From: Okamejei kenojei
Taxonomy: Eukaryota
DNA length: 64,000 bases
Direction of reading: 5' to 3'
Assembly: GCA_035221665.1 (NCBI GenBank)
Contig: CM069137.1
Span: 79,050,001-79,114,000, forward strand
This document shows, one piece after another, positions 51,496 to 63,524 of this stretch. The translations under genes and the position numbers were made by a program. Under the pieces are notes generated by a model. That model had not been told where the DNA came from and did not search any database. It saw only the letters and a program-made list of their open reading frames with translations. Numbering within the stretch: position 1 is the stretch's first letter; each line of letters opens with the position of its first letter.

Positions 51496-52974
51496 CTGGT
51501 GAAGAAACAGAGAATAGAGCTTCACACCTGGAGCTTCCGTCCCTAAAGAAACAGTAAGGCACAAACTGCCCGTTGAGTACTTTGATAATTTAGCTTGAAT
51601 ACTAGAGCAAATGAGCTGTCTGAAAGAAAGAAAGTAAATCTTTCTTCAAAATTACCTTAATTATGACCAATATTCTAGAATGGGTTAAAATCCCTGCCTT
51701 GTGACGCATTGATATCTTTTTTTTTAAATTGTGTTTCCTCCTTCTCCTTATTGAGTGCAGTAACCTTTTTTTTTACAAATATCACAGACATATTTTAATT
51801 ACATGATATTTTAATCATCAAGCCAAATTGTTTTCCGGGTCAGCACGCTTCATACTGTTCCATTCAATACGTACTGTAACTGTTATTCTGTTAACAATAA
51901 TTACATCATGATTTTACTTCGGAGTCACGTGAGTGACTACGTGAAGAAGCCCCGCCTGGCGCATTATTGGCATTACATCGACGCTGACGGCAGAGCAAGA
52001 GCTGCAGAGGCAGCTCCTCTACAGCGGTAGGTACGGGCCCGCAGGTAAGTACAGTTGCATTACTTACAGGGCATGTCCAAACTCCGTGGCTGGTGTATAG
52101 AGCCACTAGGAGTTAAAAAGAAACGGAATTTAAAAGAAAAAAATAATATAAAAGTCCGGGTGGAAAAAACGGAGTTTAAAAAGCGTCCCAGGGGAAAACT
52201 CAGTGATCGGGACGGCAGATTAGTGCGGAGCCGGTTCCGATACCGGTGGCCGTTAAAATTAACGTTAGGGAGACTTTAGTTGCTCCACAAACTTTTGGCT
52301 ATGAGGAAAAACGGAGTTTAAAAGTTAAAAATAAAAGAAAATACTCCGGGGGAAAAAACAGAGTTTAAAAGTTAAAAAGAAAAGAAAAAACTCCGGGTGG
52401 AAAAACTCCAGTGGGGAGGAAAATATTTAAAAAAGTCAGAGAGGCCATGATTCAAAAGTTCTAATAAAAAGGCTTCCAGACAAAAAAGCTTTATGGCTTA
52501 AAATTAATGGAGAAAGACTCCAAAAATAAAAAAAATAAAAATTCAACCAAAGGATTTAAAAAGGCCCAGAATATTCCCAAAAACAGACCCTGAGGGGTTT
52601 CCATATATTAATATATATGGTGGAATTTATCAATGTGGGAATATCTACCTCGGATTGTTTTGGAGGTAGTCTACTTGAGGAAAAACTCAGGAGTAACCAG
52701 GGCAGTAAAAGAATATGAAAAAAAACTGACCCTACAGGTGCATTGATACTGGTGGCTGGTCATAAAGTACCCACCACAGCACAAATATATATACAGGTGT
52801 ACTAGGTACGATACCTGAATGAAGGAGTGAGGCCATGGAAAGTAACCATGGAAACCAAAATTAATTGGTCTCTCACCAAAGCTGTTATGGTTGAAACAGC
52901 AGAGTTATTGATAAAACTTTTGTTGTTTGGCATGTGGATTCAGGGATAGTATCAAAGCAAAGGATGATGCGTAC

Positions 52975-54435
52975 AAAGCAGCATATGGGAGAAATTCAGA
53001 GATCATTAATTAGGAAAGGAAAAATAGATTATGAAAGGAAACTGGCAGGGAACATAAAAACTGACTGCAAAAGTTTTTATAGATATTAGTTAAAAACAAA
53101 TGTAGGTCCCTTGCAGTCAGAAACAGGTGAGTTGATCATGGGGAACAAGATATGGCGGACAATTGAATAACTACTTTGGTTCACTATAAATAATCTGTAG
53201 CAGGGGACTGTGGGTCACCAGGTCAGTCGGGACCGATAAATCCCCAGGGCCAGATAGGCTGCATCCCAGAGTACTTAAGGAAGTAGCTCAGGAAATAGTG
53301 GATGCATTAGTGATAATCTGATTCTGGAGTAGTTCCTGAGGATTGGCAGCAAATGTAACCCCTCTTTTTAAGAAGGGTGGAGAGAGAAAACGGGGAATTA
53401 CAGACCAGTTAGTCTAACATCGGTAGTGGGGAAACTGCTAGAGTCAGTTATTAAAGATGGGATAGCAACATTTGGAAAGTGGTGAAATCATTGGACAAAG
53501 TTGGATTTACAAAAGGTAAATCATGTCTGACGAATCTTGTGGAATTTTTCGAGGATGTAACTAGTAGCTTGGATGTGGTATATCTGGACTTCCAAAAGGC
53601 TTTCGACAAGGTCCCACATAAGAGATTAGTATACAAACTTAAAGCATACGGTATCAGTATAGAGAACTGGCTGGCAAACAGGAAGCAAAGAGTAGGAGTA
53701 AATGGTCCTTTTCACAATGGCAGGCAGTGACTAGTGGGGTACCGCAGGGCTCAACCCCAGCTATTTACAATATATATTAATGATATGAGGGAATTGAAGG
53801 CAATATCTCCAAGTTTGCGGATGACACTAAGCTGGGGGGCAGTGTTCGCTGTGAGGAGGATGCTAGGAGACTGCAAGGTGACTTGGATAGGCTGGGTGAG
53901 TGGGCAAATGTTTGACAGATGCAGTATAATGTGCCACTTTGGTGGCAAAAACAGGAAAGCAGACTATTACTTAAATGGTGGCCGATTAGGAAAAGGGGAG
54001 ATGCAGCCCTGGGTGTCATGGTACACCAATCATTGAAAGTAGGCATGCAAGCAGGCAGTGAAAAAAGCGAATCTTTCATAGCAAAAGGATTGAGTGTTGT
54101 ACAGAGATTATTGCGTACAGTTTTGGTCTCCAATCTGAGTTATTGCCATAGTGCAGAGAAGGTATGATTCATGTCAGGACTGTCCTTATGAAGAAAGACT
54201 GGATAGACTGGTTTATACTCTCTGGAATTTAGGAGATTGAGAGGGGATCATTAGATGCAGGAAGGATTGTTCCCGATGTTTTTTAAGGATAAGGGGGAAA
54301 TTTTAATGTTTTTTCACACAGAGAGTGGTGAGTCTCTGGAACTCTCTGCCACAGGAGGCCAGTTCTACAAGGGGATCAAAAGAATACGGGATACTGAGTT
54401 GATCAGCCATGATCATATTGAATGGCGGTGCAGGC
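52975..54435 (+). mobile_element. CR1 LINE RT region nested in the second DIRS, with many small deletions
   Basis: [39 protein letters not shown] and CR1 3' UTR pieces. Confidence 0.85.
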
Positions 54436-56682
54436 TTGGTTTCTACAACGGTGAATCCCCCATAGACATAAGGAAATACGATTTCAAAGTATTTCAAGCT
54501 GGTGCATGGCATCACTAATGGGAAAGACTATTGGTCATTAAACTTTGGCAAAATTATGATCCAATGTAAAGATTTGATAATGGATCAAAAACAAAGGCAG
54601 GAGTATGATAAATAAATATTGCCTTATGTGAACCCATATTGATGAAATCCCAATTGTGGGAGATTACAGGTGTGTTATGATATTACAAAGGATCTAAAAA
54701 TTGAATTTTAGGTTTGCACCCAAAATATCTCCAATAAAGAAGAGGTATGTAAATTTGTACCATAAATTTCCCCAGGGAAAAAGAAGATGTGGTGGTAAAG
54801 CCATACGAGACATCATTTTAAATACACTTTTACAGTGTAAAAACATTTTATAAAAATGGACATCTTCAACATTGAAAAACAGTTGTTATTAACAATTTGT
54901 TAATCATTACTATAAGACTCGAAGGATTGGTATTTAGTACCAATTTATTATCATATTTACAGGTACTGGAAATTAATTCGAATGGGTCAGCTGTGCAAGT
55001 TAAGACATTGTCTAATGGATTAAACTCAGTTCTAGGCTGTTCACATAATTATTGGAAAAACAATTGCACTGATAAGAAGATCAGCACTTGCACTATGAGG
55101 ACATGGTCATGGTTTATCTTGATCACATTTTAAATTGGAAGGTTGATCAGGAGTCAGCTGCAAATTAGCTGACTCCTGATCAACTGCAGCAATTATAAGC
55201 TTGTTGTGAGGCAACGGTCCTGACCCATCCAATAAAAACTATGTTTTAGGCATTCATAAACATTCCTAAATTACTATTCTGGGTTTAGGAGTAATTCAGC
55301 ACCATATGAGGGGGAAAAATGTTTCCGAGCTACAAATATGTCTCATTGCTTTGTTGACAAACTTTGTCCCTCCATCAGAGAAGGAGATTAGGTAAAAGAG
55401 TAAAAAAGTTCCAAAAAAGGGAAAATACAAGCATTATAAGAGTATGCAGGCCTTTTGACAGGCCTATGCAATAACCAAAGGATACGTTATCAGAATTAAA
55501 ATGGTGGATAGAAAAGGTTCCACAAGCTGCTTTAAATATATAAGCTTAGCAGCCGTTGCAAGCTGAAGCAAGTATTATCGGATGATGGATAGCTTCTGTG
55601 ATTATTTGGGCTAAGATAAGTATAATATCTATTCTTATCAACTTAATATTTGATATGTCCCTTGTTTAGGGGACTATGGACAATAACACCAGGGAATTGC
55701 AAATTGATTGTCCTAAGAAATTTTTTCTCCAAACATTTGTATTAATTATTGGAGTATCAGGAGCTTTTTATGGATTAAATGCCTATTGTTCTACTATGAA
55801 AGTGTGCATGTCAAATCAGGTGAACAAAACCACGGCTGTGGCATATATCAATCACATGAGTCAAGTAAGATCATTATCAAGTGATTATCTGGGTAACCAG
55901 ATGTGACATATTCTAAAACTGTTTTAGTTCAGCTGTTTATCTCTAAGGAAGAGACAATGTTGTCGCAGACAACAAATCATGGGAAAAAACATTGTCAGTA
56001 ATATGGATCACTTACCATTAATCTGGTTGTATCCAGATTAAATCACCGATTTCTCAAATGTTTCTCATGGGAAAACCGAGATCAGGAGAGGTGGATGCAT
56101 TTCACTAAATTACATGAGGAAAGATGTTCTTTTATGTTCCTCATTTTGTCTGATAGGGCAGTGTCTGATGAAAATGTAGCAGGACGCTGCCAGGGGCGCT
56201 TTGGTGGCCCAAACCGGACCTTCATGGTTGTCATTAATGTTGAGAGTGATGTTGAACCAGTTATGATGACTCATAGTTGCAGTAATTTATTGTTGTACAA
56301 ATTCATCCAGGGCATGAAGATATGAATTTGGCTACCTGCAGGTTTGACCAGACCATTATAACAGTTTGACGGTCAAAGAGGTCTATGAATGTTTTAACTA
56401 ATATAACAATATAACAATTACGTACAAAAGGAATGTTATACCTGCAATTTGGAGAAATAGCTTTAAAAAACAATATTTTGTTTATAAGAAATTGGAAGTT
56501 TTTTGCAGACAGTAAAAATTATTTTATCATATTAGATATATGGGAGTTCCTTGTGGATTTCATTTTTTCTTAGCATCTAAGTGATAGAGCCAATAATAGG
56601 GCTCATAGTGTTTATCGTCATATTTAGGACAAATTGCTGACCAAGAATTTATCGGGCTCATTCGTAATATCCCGATATGAAA

Positions 56683-56687
<5 letters not shown>

Positions 56688-56713
<26 letters not shown>

Positions 56714-56717
56714 GTGA

Positions 56718-56753
<36 letters not shown>
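56688..56753. repeat. Compound (TA)n/(TG)n microsatellite
   Basis: Directly visible in the sequence. Confidence 0.95.
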
Positions 56754-58619
56754 ATCTGTCCAAAGTTGAAATACAGAAGTTGGGAGATCAGCATAGTCCT
56801 GACTTGCCTTAGGCAATGGACTCCAGTTCTATCAATGATTCAAAAAATTAACATTGAAAGTAAGAATGCTCATGACTTTAGTATCAGCATAAGAGTGCAA
56901 ACATTGCAAATGTTACATTATATAATTGCATGTGGCTACAGATTACATTATCTTATATGTTTATGAATTTACCAAACAAAGCAGACCAAGAAGAGGTGGA
57001 ACCAAGGTAAAATTTAAGCATTTCCTGTCGGCCAAAAATTGTGTGTGGGTCAACATTGACTCAATATGTTAAAGTAGGTAAGAGTCTCTGTGGTGGTGAG
57101 ACAGCACTACTTATTACACACAAAAACCACATTAAGTATCAGTGAAAACTGATGGTTGTAGATAATTATATTCTAGATGGTTAAAACATGTTTAAAACTC
57201 AGTAGAACTAGACATTGAGATGTGGAAAATCACTCCATTAAGGAGGCAGATACATTCACAGGAATGGCACAGGATGGGCAGGTCTAGCAAATATTCAAGT
57301 AAAAAAAATATTAAAGTTACAAGGAGTAAAAAAAATATTAAAGTTACAAGGAACCAGTCACGGTGTCAGGATTGGACACGGAGTGTTGGGTTCTCTGTAA
57401 TTGTTGCTTTGTTTATACTATCAAATTATATTATCAATTGATATTTTGGTGATAAATTTGCCTTTCAGTGAAAAGGGCATTATTTTCATTCTTTTATAAG
57501 GGAAAACATTTATCACATAAACTGAGGCAATGTTTGGGAAAAAATGTGTTATTTGCTCATTACTGTGTTGATTGAGCCAGATTGCCGTATGGAATGAGTC
57601 TACGACATAAAAAACACAGAAGCTACAAAATCTTCACATAGTCACTCACGTGACTCCAAAGTAAAATATTAAGATTAAATGAGAACTTACCAGTTCGAAG
57701 TTTGATCGTTATTTTATGAGGAGTAACGATGAGGGATTACGTGCCCTCCACTACCGACCCTCATAAAATAAATGATCATCTGGTAGTTCTAAATCTATGT
57801 TGAGCCTTACTATCTTACTCCGGCTATTATGTTCTGTGTTTTTCATGCCGCTGCTTTGAAGTATGCCAATCAAGCGCCAGGCGGGGCTTCTTCACGTAAT
57901 CCCTCATCGTTACTCCTCATAAAATAACGATCAAACTTCGAACTGGTATGTTCTCGTTTAATCTTACTATTCTACCAGTCAATGCGCTCAACTGCATATG
58001 TCATCCATTGGTGCAGTTATTTAAAACTCTTTTGAATCTCTTTATTTTTCTTCTGTTCTTTGTCTCCTCATGATACTATTTATAAACTTGGAAGATTTTG
58101 CATTTGATTCCCTTAATATGTAATACATATCTCCTATTTCAAAATTCTTTCTGTGACACTGTTTCCATGTTATTAATCTGCAATATTGTGTTTTACAAAA
58201 GATGTCACAAGACTATGCAACATCCATTACACATCTCTTGTTTGTCTTCCAGTTACAATTTCCAAAAGGTACATGACTTCACTTTTAACTTGCAACCATG
58301 TCCCTTTTGTCACCAGTGGAAACATGTCAACATTTATCCCACCATACCTCCTCAGGTTCTTGAATGTTTTACCCCTAAGATCAACCCTAAATTCCAAAGA
58401 ATTCAGATCCAACTTGTTTAGCTGCAGGTGATAGAACAATCTCATTCAAGTTATTAGCCTCATTTAATTTCACATGAATCCTTGATTTTGGGCTCAAGGT
58501 GGCAATGCGCCTATGTTTTTGGTACATGCTTCTCCTAGCATCTTCAAACAATCTTAGTGTGGATGGCACACACAAAACAGCTAATTACATTTCAAGAACG
58601 TCAGGGATCAAACAAGTAA

Positions 58620-59227
58620 TGTAAGGGTTAAACAGTCTGTGTGAGCTAAAATGGAGTTGTTAGCTAAATTAGCAGCATTGCATTTTGAACCCTGCTTAGG
58701 AAAACAAGCAGATGTTTTTGAAGAATGTTTGGGCTAATTCAAAGGGACTAGTAGATCATAAGGACACCTGCGAGGTCACTAAGATAAGCTTTACTTTCCC
58801 AGAGACATCCGAGACTAGCTCGGTGTATGGTAGGACACATAACTCACACCATTATGGTACCAAGGAGGATAGCTAGCTTGACACATAAGTTGTTCTTAGA
58901 GATAAAATTTATTATATAAATACATGCTTCTACCATGAGAACATGAGCTTCATCTTCGTGAGAGAAACGATCTTCACCAAGGAGAGAGAGAGAACGAGGA
59001 AGAGCTTGAACCATGGTGTGTGCCGGTGCCATCCTGTGCAGACAGGAGACTCGAATACGCAGAGGGGAGCAAGACCTGTTATTTTGTATTGTTTCTTTAT
59101 TGATAGTTGATAATGTTTTTGTGTTTTCCATGTGTTTTGCTTGAATAAATAGTTATTTGCACTCTGCACCTTGAGCTTTCTCCATTCATTGATCTGACTC
59201 CTTGAATCCTGCATATATTTCTTTACA
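58620..59227 (+). mobile_element. Candidate solo LTR
   Basis: TGTAAG...TTTACA ends; tatataaa at ~58913; aataaa at ~59144. No clean TSD. Confidence 0.5.
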
Positions 59228-59256
59228 AGTGCAGCTTAACTCTTGTTCCTATTTAG

Positions 59257-60076
59257 CAGTGACGGAAATCACTATCAAAATATGGAGGGGACCGGGGGAC
59301 AGGGGGGACACAATTTCTTGGCAGCCGCGCGTGCATGCGCACACTCACACACACACGTGAGGCTTCGGAGGCCTCAGCCTTAGGCCCTGTGAACGGTAAT
59401 TACAGCTCAATCCAGCGCTAAATGCAGCTCAACTCTGTCTATCTCGCCGGGTTAACCTACAGCTCTGCCTGGACTGACAGAATACCAGTCCGGAGCTGTG
59501 GAGCTAGCACTGCTTCTCCGCACTGGCTGTAAGCCTGGGCCATATTTCCCTTAAGTCCAGGCAGGGCTGTAGGTTAACCCGGCGGGACAGGCAGAGTTGA
59601 GCTGGGTTTAGCGCTGCTTCTCTATGCTGGCTGTGGGCCTGGGGGAACAGCGCCCATCTAATTCCCGACCACCCCCAGGCATGGGGAGGGGCACTCGGGT
59701 GGGGACAGGGCAGTTCGGCAGCGATTGCAGCGTGGGAGAGCCGGCCCAGATCGATCCTGGCTGCGGATGAGGCACAGGTCTGTGTCCAGGACTGCCATTG
59801 TGACCCTATGACCTGGGCACGTGTCCCTCCTCCAATCATCGCGCTGAATCATCATGTCCCGCCCCCATTGCCTGCTGACCGACATCTCTCTTGTCCAATC
59901 GGCGCCCTCGATCAGCAGTCCCACCCCCACTGTCTCGCGGAAAGCAGAGATTTCACCGCTTTTCGTCCGATTTTAAAATCCGGATTACAAAAAATGAGGG
60001 GAGGGGGGATCGTTCCCCACCGCTCAAAACAGGACGGGGGCGTCCCCCCTGGCCCTCCCCGGGATTTCCGGCACTA
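59257..60076. mobile_element. Non-autonomous hAT-like DNA transposon, GC-rich
   Basis: TIR cagtgacggaaatc / gatttccggcacta; TSD ctatttag / atatttag (7 of 8 match). Confidence 0.8.
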
Positions 60077-60211
60077 ATATTTAGGATAGCTCAGTATATA
60101 ATTTTTACAGTCATATTGGGATGGGTTGTATTCAGATCAGTCACCTTGTTATGGACATAAAAGGCTGGAGTAACTCAGTGAGATAGGCAGCATCTCTGGA
60201 GAGTAGGAATG

Positions 60212-60246
60212 GGTGACGTTTCGGGCTGAGACCCTTCTTCAGACTG
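60212..60246 (-). ncRNA. Minimal type I hammerhead ribozyme motif within an inverted Penelope-derived repeat pair (60160-60365)
   Basis: Minus strand reads GU-CUGAAGA-A-GGGU cuca GCCC-GAAAC-GUC-AC: intact core, palindromic ACGU stem III, GUC cleavage triplet. Activity untested. Confidence 0.6.
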
Positions 60247-60514
60247 AACGTTTCGACCCAAAATGTCACCCATTCCCTCTCCAGAAATGCTTCCTGTCCC
60301 GCTGAATTACTCCAGCATTTTTTGTTTCACTTTGGTTTAAACCAGCATCTGCAGTTCATTCCTACAATAGTCAACTGTTATATGTCCTTTTTGATGGTGT
60401 TTTCCTTTGACTAAGTAAGTCACGCCGATTTTTGTCAAAATATACACAATATGGGCATTATGAATAAATCACCCGTAAAACATAGGGTGCCAAAATTTAA
60501 AGGCATCAACTCAC

Positions 60515-60588
60515 CTTGTCTCATCAATGTAAACTGCTTCCAGTTTTTACTAGTGGCTGCATTTCTGACCAGTTCTAATGTGTTGATG
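60515..60588 (-). pseudogene. Partial duplicate of the PDE1A 60900-61013 exon (pseudo-exon)
   Basis: ctggaagcagtttacattgatgagacaag|gtgagt copies the 3' end of the real exon (LEAVYIDETR). About 80 nt of downstream intron (to ~60430) is also duplicated. Confidence 0.8.
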
Positions 60589-60899
60589 CTGAAAAGCAAT
60601 CCTTGCTAGATTTTCAAGTATAACACAAATAATTTACAAGGAGAGGGGAGTCAGCAATCTTATGTACATCTGTAGTTAAAAAAAATGCCCTTTTAATATT
60701 GTGCACATTTTTTTTTAATTCATTCCAAAAGATGTAGGCTTTGCAGGCTGAGCCAAAAATATTAATAAAATGTTTGTTTTCAGATTGTAAACAGGGAATG
60801 TAATTATTGTCAACATACACACAAAATGAGCATTAAAGACTGTGAATAAATCACATGCAAAACTCTATAGGGTGCCAAAATATAAAGGCAACAACGCAC

Positions 60900-61013
60900 C
60901 TTGTCTCGTCAATATAAACTGCTTCCAGTACTGAGGCTGCATATTCAATATTCTTCTTTAAATCTGTCACATTGATCTCACCTCGCTCTAGCTGTTTCAC
61001 AAGACATCTTAGC
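60900..61013 (-). CDS. PDE1A: PDE1A coding exon, first one in the window (114 nt): (R)LRCLVKQLERGEINVTDLKKNIEYAASVLEAVYIDET(R)
   Basis: Manual translation; acceptor atttcag, donor gtgcgt; phase 2-2. Near-identical to recalled PDE1A LRCLVKQLERGDVNVVDLKKNIEYAASVLEAVYIDETR. Confidence 0.95.
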
Positions 61014-62139
61014 CTGAAATAGAAAGAGATTACATTATACATCTTTTGAACACACAAAGTGAGGGTTACTTTCCATTTTTTACAACACTTTATCCTAAAG
61101 GGCTGTAAAGTCTTCATTAACAGAAGAAGAAGCATGAAAAGTGAGGGCATCTCTTTTAGTTGATGTTCTGCTAATTACTTCAGGGCTCTGATCCTAAGAA
61201 AGGTATTACAAAAAGTTTAATGAATCTCATATAGGGACTTCTTCAATTACAATGGTAATGGATCAAGTTACTACTACATAGAGTGAAATCGCAGAGTTAA
61301 ATCACTTTATTCTACACTGAAGCTGTAGATCAACAGTCGTCATTGCATTTGAACTTGCATTTGAACCATTGTATGTGCGATCCTATCCAAGCTTAAGGTC
61401 CGCAATGCTTTTTCCCTTTGAGCTATTGCAACGTATTCACATGTGCTCTGTTTGTTTCGACTTCATAAAGCAATTCTAAAATTATTAACGAATATTGAAG
61501 ACTGAACCTTAACTTTATAGTCTGTCTTATCTTCATCCTGAATATCAACCCATTTTAAAAGGAGACAAAAGCCTTCACATAGCACACAAGTACTGTACAA
61601 GGAGATACACCATTGATAATACAACACAAAGACCAAGTAAGCGTGATTGATATTTGTACCAATGGCTCAATGATATTTAGATTTCTGCCACGTAAGACGA
61701 TTGTTCCTTGCAGCTAACAATAAGAGGAAAATATTGAATATTGCTGTGCTCATAAGCATGATGGAGTTTCATCAGAACAGAAATTGGTTAGATATTTCTG
61801 TTGGAAGTCAAAATAGATTCCAAAGCATCAATGTAAGTCTGTCATGTAAATAGATCCAGCCCTGTGGATGCAGCAAGTAGCTATTAGGCTGAGAAAATCT
61901 CCAAAGAGCAAGGAACTGCATTTACTGATATCCAATGCAGGTAGAATAATATTATTGTTTGACTTAGAAATTCTTGAAACCTCATGGTAAACTGATGGAA
62001 ACATCCTAGACGTGGGATTCAAATAGGATAGCTGCCAAAAAACACCAGCTGGGATTGTGACATATGATAAACATGAGCCTATTTGTCTCAGTGAAGAGGA
62101 AGCACATTTCTGCTGTCTGCTCATTAAAATGCAATGATT

Positions 62140-62210
62140 TCAAGTTAAGTCACTTTTATTTCTATAGCACATTTAAAAAACAACTCTCGTTGGCCAAAGT
62201 GCTTTACATT
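62140..62210 (-). mobile_element. L2 LINE-type 3' terminus
   Basis: Reverse complement tgtaaagcactttggcc...tttaaatgtgctatagaaataaaagtgacttaacttg. Confidence 0.65.
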
Positions 62211-63524
62211 GGTGGAGGTCCGAACGTTATACAACATTTCAATGTTCAGCCATTTCTAAACATGCATTTGAAAGCTTTAGCACATTGCACTCTGGCCTAA
62301 TTTCCTAAGTGGCATATACACATTAAAGTTTTGCTTGTATTAGTTAAAACTAGATGCACCTCTTAAATGAAAGTCTCAGGAGAAAGTCATACATTGTGGG
62401 TTGCCAAAAGATTCATGTGACAATGAGGGTGAGAGCCAACACGACGGTATTCTGAAGTTACCTTTGCTGGAAAAGGGGCGAGATATTGGAATCCACAGGG
62501 ATCCAGGCTAGGCCCAATGGTCATATTCAGAGGATGGTGAAAGGAGTTTGCGATGGAGGCCAATGCTGGTTAGAATGGCCCAAGAAGGTGGATGACCCCA
62601 GACACCTGGTCAAGGTTCAGGGAATGGAGCTACGAATGTCATGCCCCAGAAAACACGCCATCAACCCCACACATTACTCCATGCGTTACATTCTCGCCAC
62701 GGTACCTGCAACTAACATTCATCTGCTCCAACCTGCACTGCAAAACGTAGCATCTCTGCAAGTCCCACAGAGCCAACGTGTATAGCCAACTCTTCAACAT
62801 AACATTCCTGTTTGTCAGATCCAGATGCACAATTGCCTAGACCCTCCGTCCTCCACCTGCTCCATAGTGGCAAGGACTGAGACTTCATGGCAACAAGATT
62901 TTGCAGCACTTTGCAAGCATCCGAGGATCTTGGACCTTCTCTGCTGAGTGTTACAAGTCACCAATTCCTCCACCTTCTGTCGTGGGGTAGACTGACTCCC
63001 TCCCCCCCCCCCCCCCCCCCCCCCCCAGCCCCCACACATCTTTACACATTCCCAATCCTTTCCATTCGTCACTTTGATACCACCAAAGTGCTCCAAGTAG
63101 CAGGAATTTGATTTAATGCAATACCCCACTGCATCTCAGAATGAGCATGGCTTCTGTCACATGGACTTTGCCACATGTGCTTTGGGGACAAAGGGAAGGG
63201 AAGAGCGACATGATCAGTCTTGTCATCCAGCAGCTATTTTTACTTTGGGTGAAAACTTGACAATAGACTGCTGCATCATGACTTCATCCAGGATATCAGG
63301 CCTGAAATGTCAGGACATGTTGACCATGGTGGGCAATGAAGGAATGGAACCATTTCAACTTGAAGAAAGCCGACAGGTGCGGGGTCTGCAGAAACCTTTT
63401 CCAGGTTGTCAAATAGCATCATCTACCATAATGTAAATCGTCTACCAAATTACATCGTCTACCACAATGTAAATCATCATGGTAGACGATGATATTTGCC
63501 TGCATTTACGGCAAGCCTTCAAAC

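Larger units (their letters stand above)
51911..57971 (+). mobile_element. Second DIRS-like element (related but distinct family) with a degraded interior
   Basis: Left ITR 51912-51973, ICR 57631-57743, right ITR plus extension 57863-57971, all similar to the first element. RNase H remnant GAFYGLNAYC...TTAVAYINHM (55750-55900); YR remnant MLMTLVS..RVQTLQ (~56865-56915). Confidence 0.88.

Noticed and set aside
51496-51542. Upstream alternative acceptor (tttctttag at 51543) or a 15-nt micro-exon before the 183-nt exon
   Set aside because: The 47-nt extension breaks the frame, and the micro-exon would need a 32-nt intron. No support.
52117-52410. Spaced repeats ccgggtggaaaaaacggagtttaaaa resembling a CRISPR array
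   Set aside because: Irregular tandem repeats inside a eukaryotic DIRS 5' region, in a low-quality stretch; no unique spacers or cas genes.
62430-63420. Possible old LINE coding remnants around the poly-C tract
   Set aside because: No diagnostic motif that I can identify.
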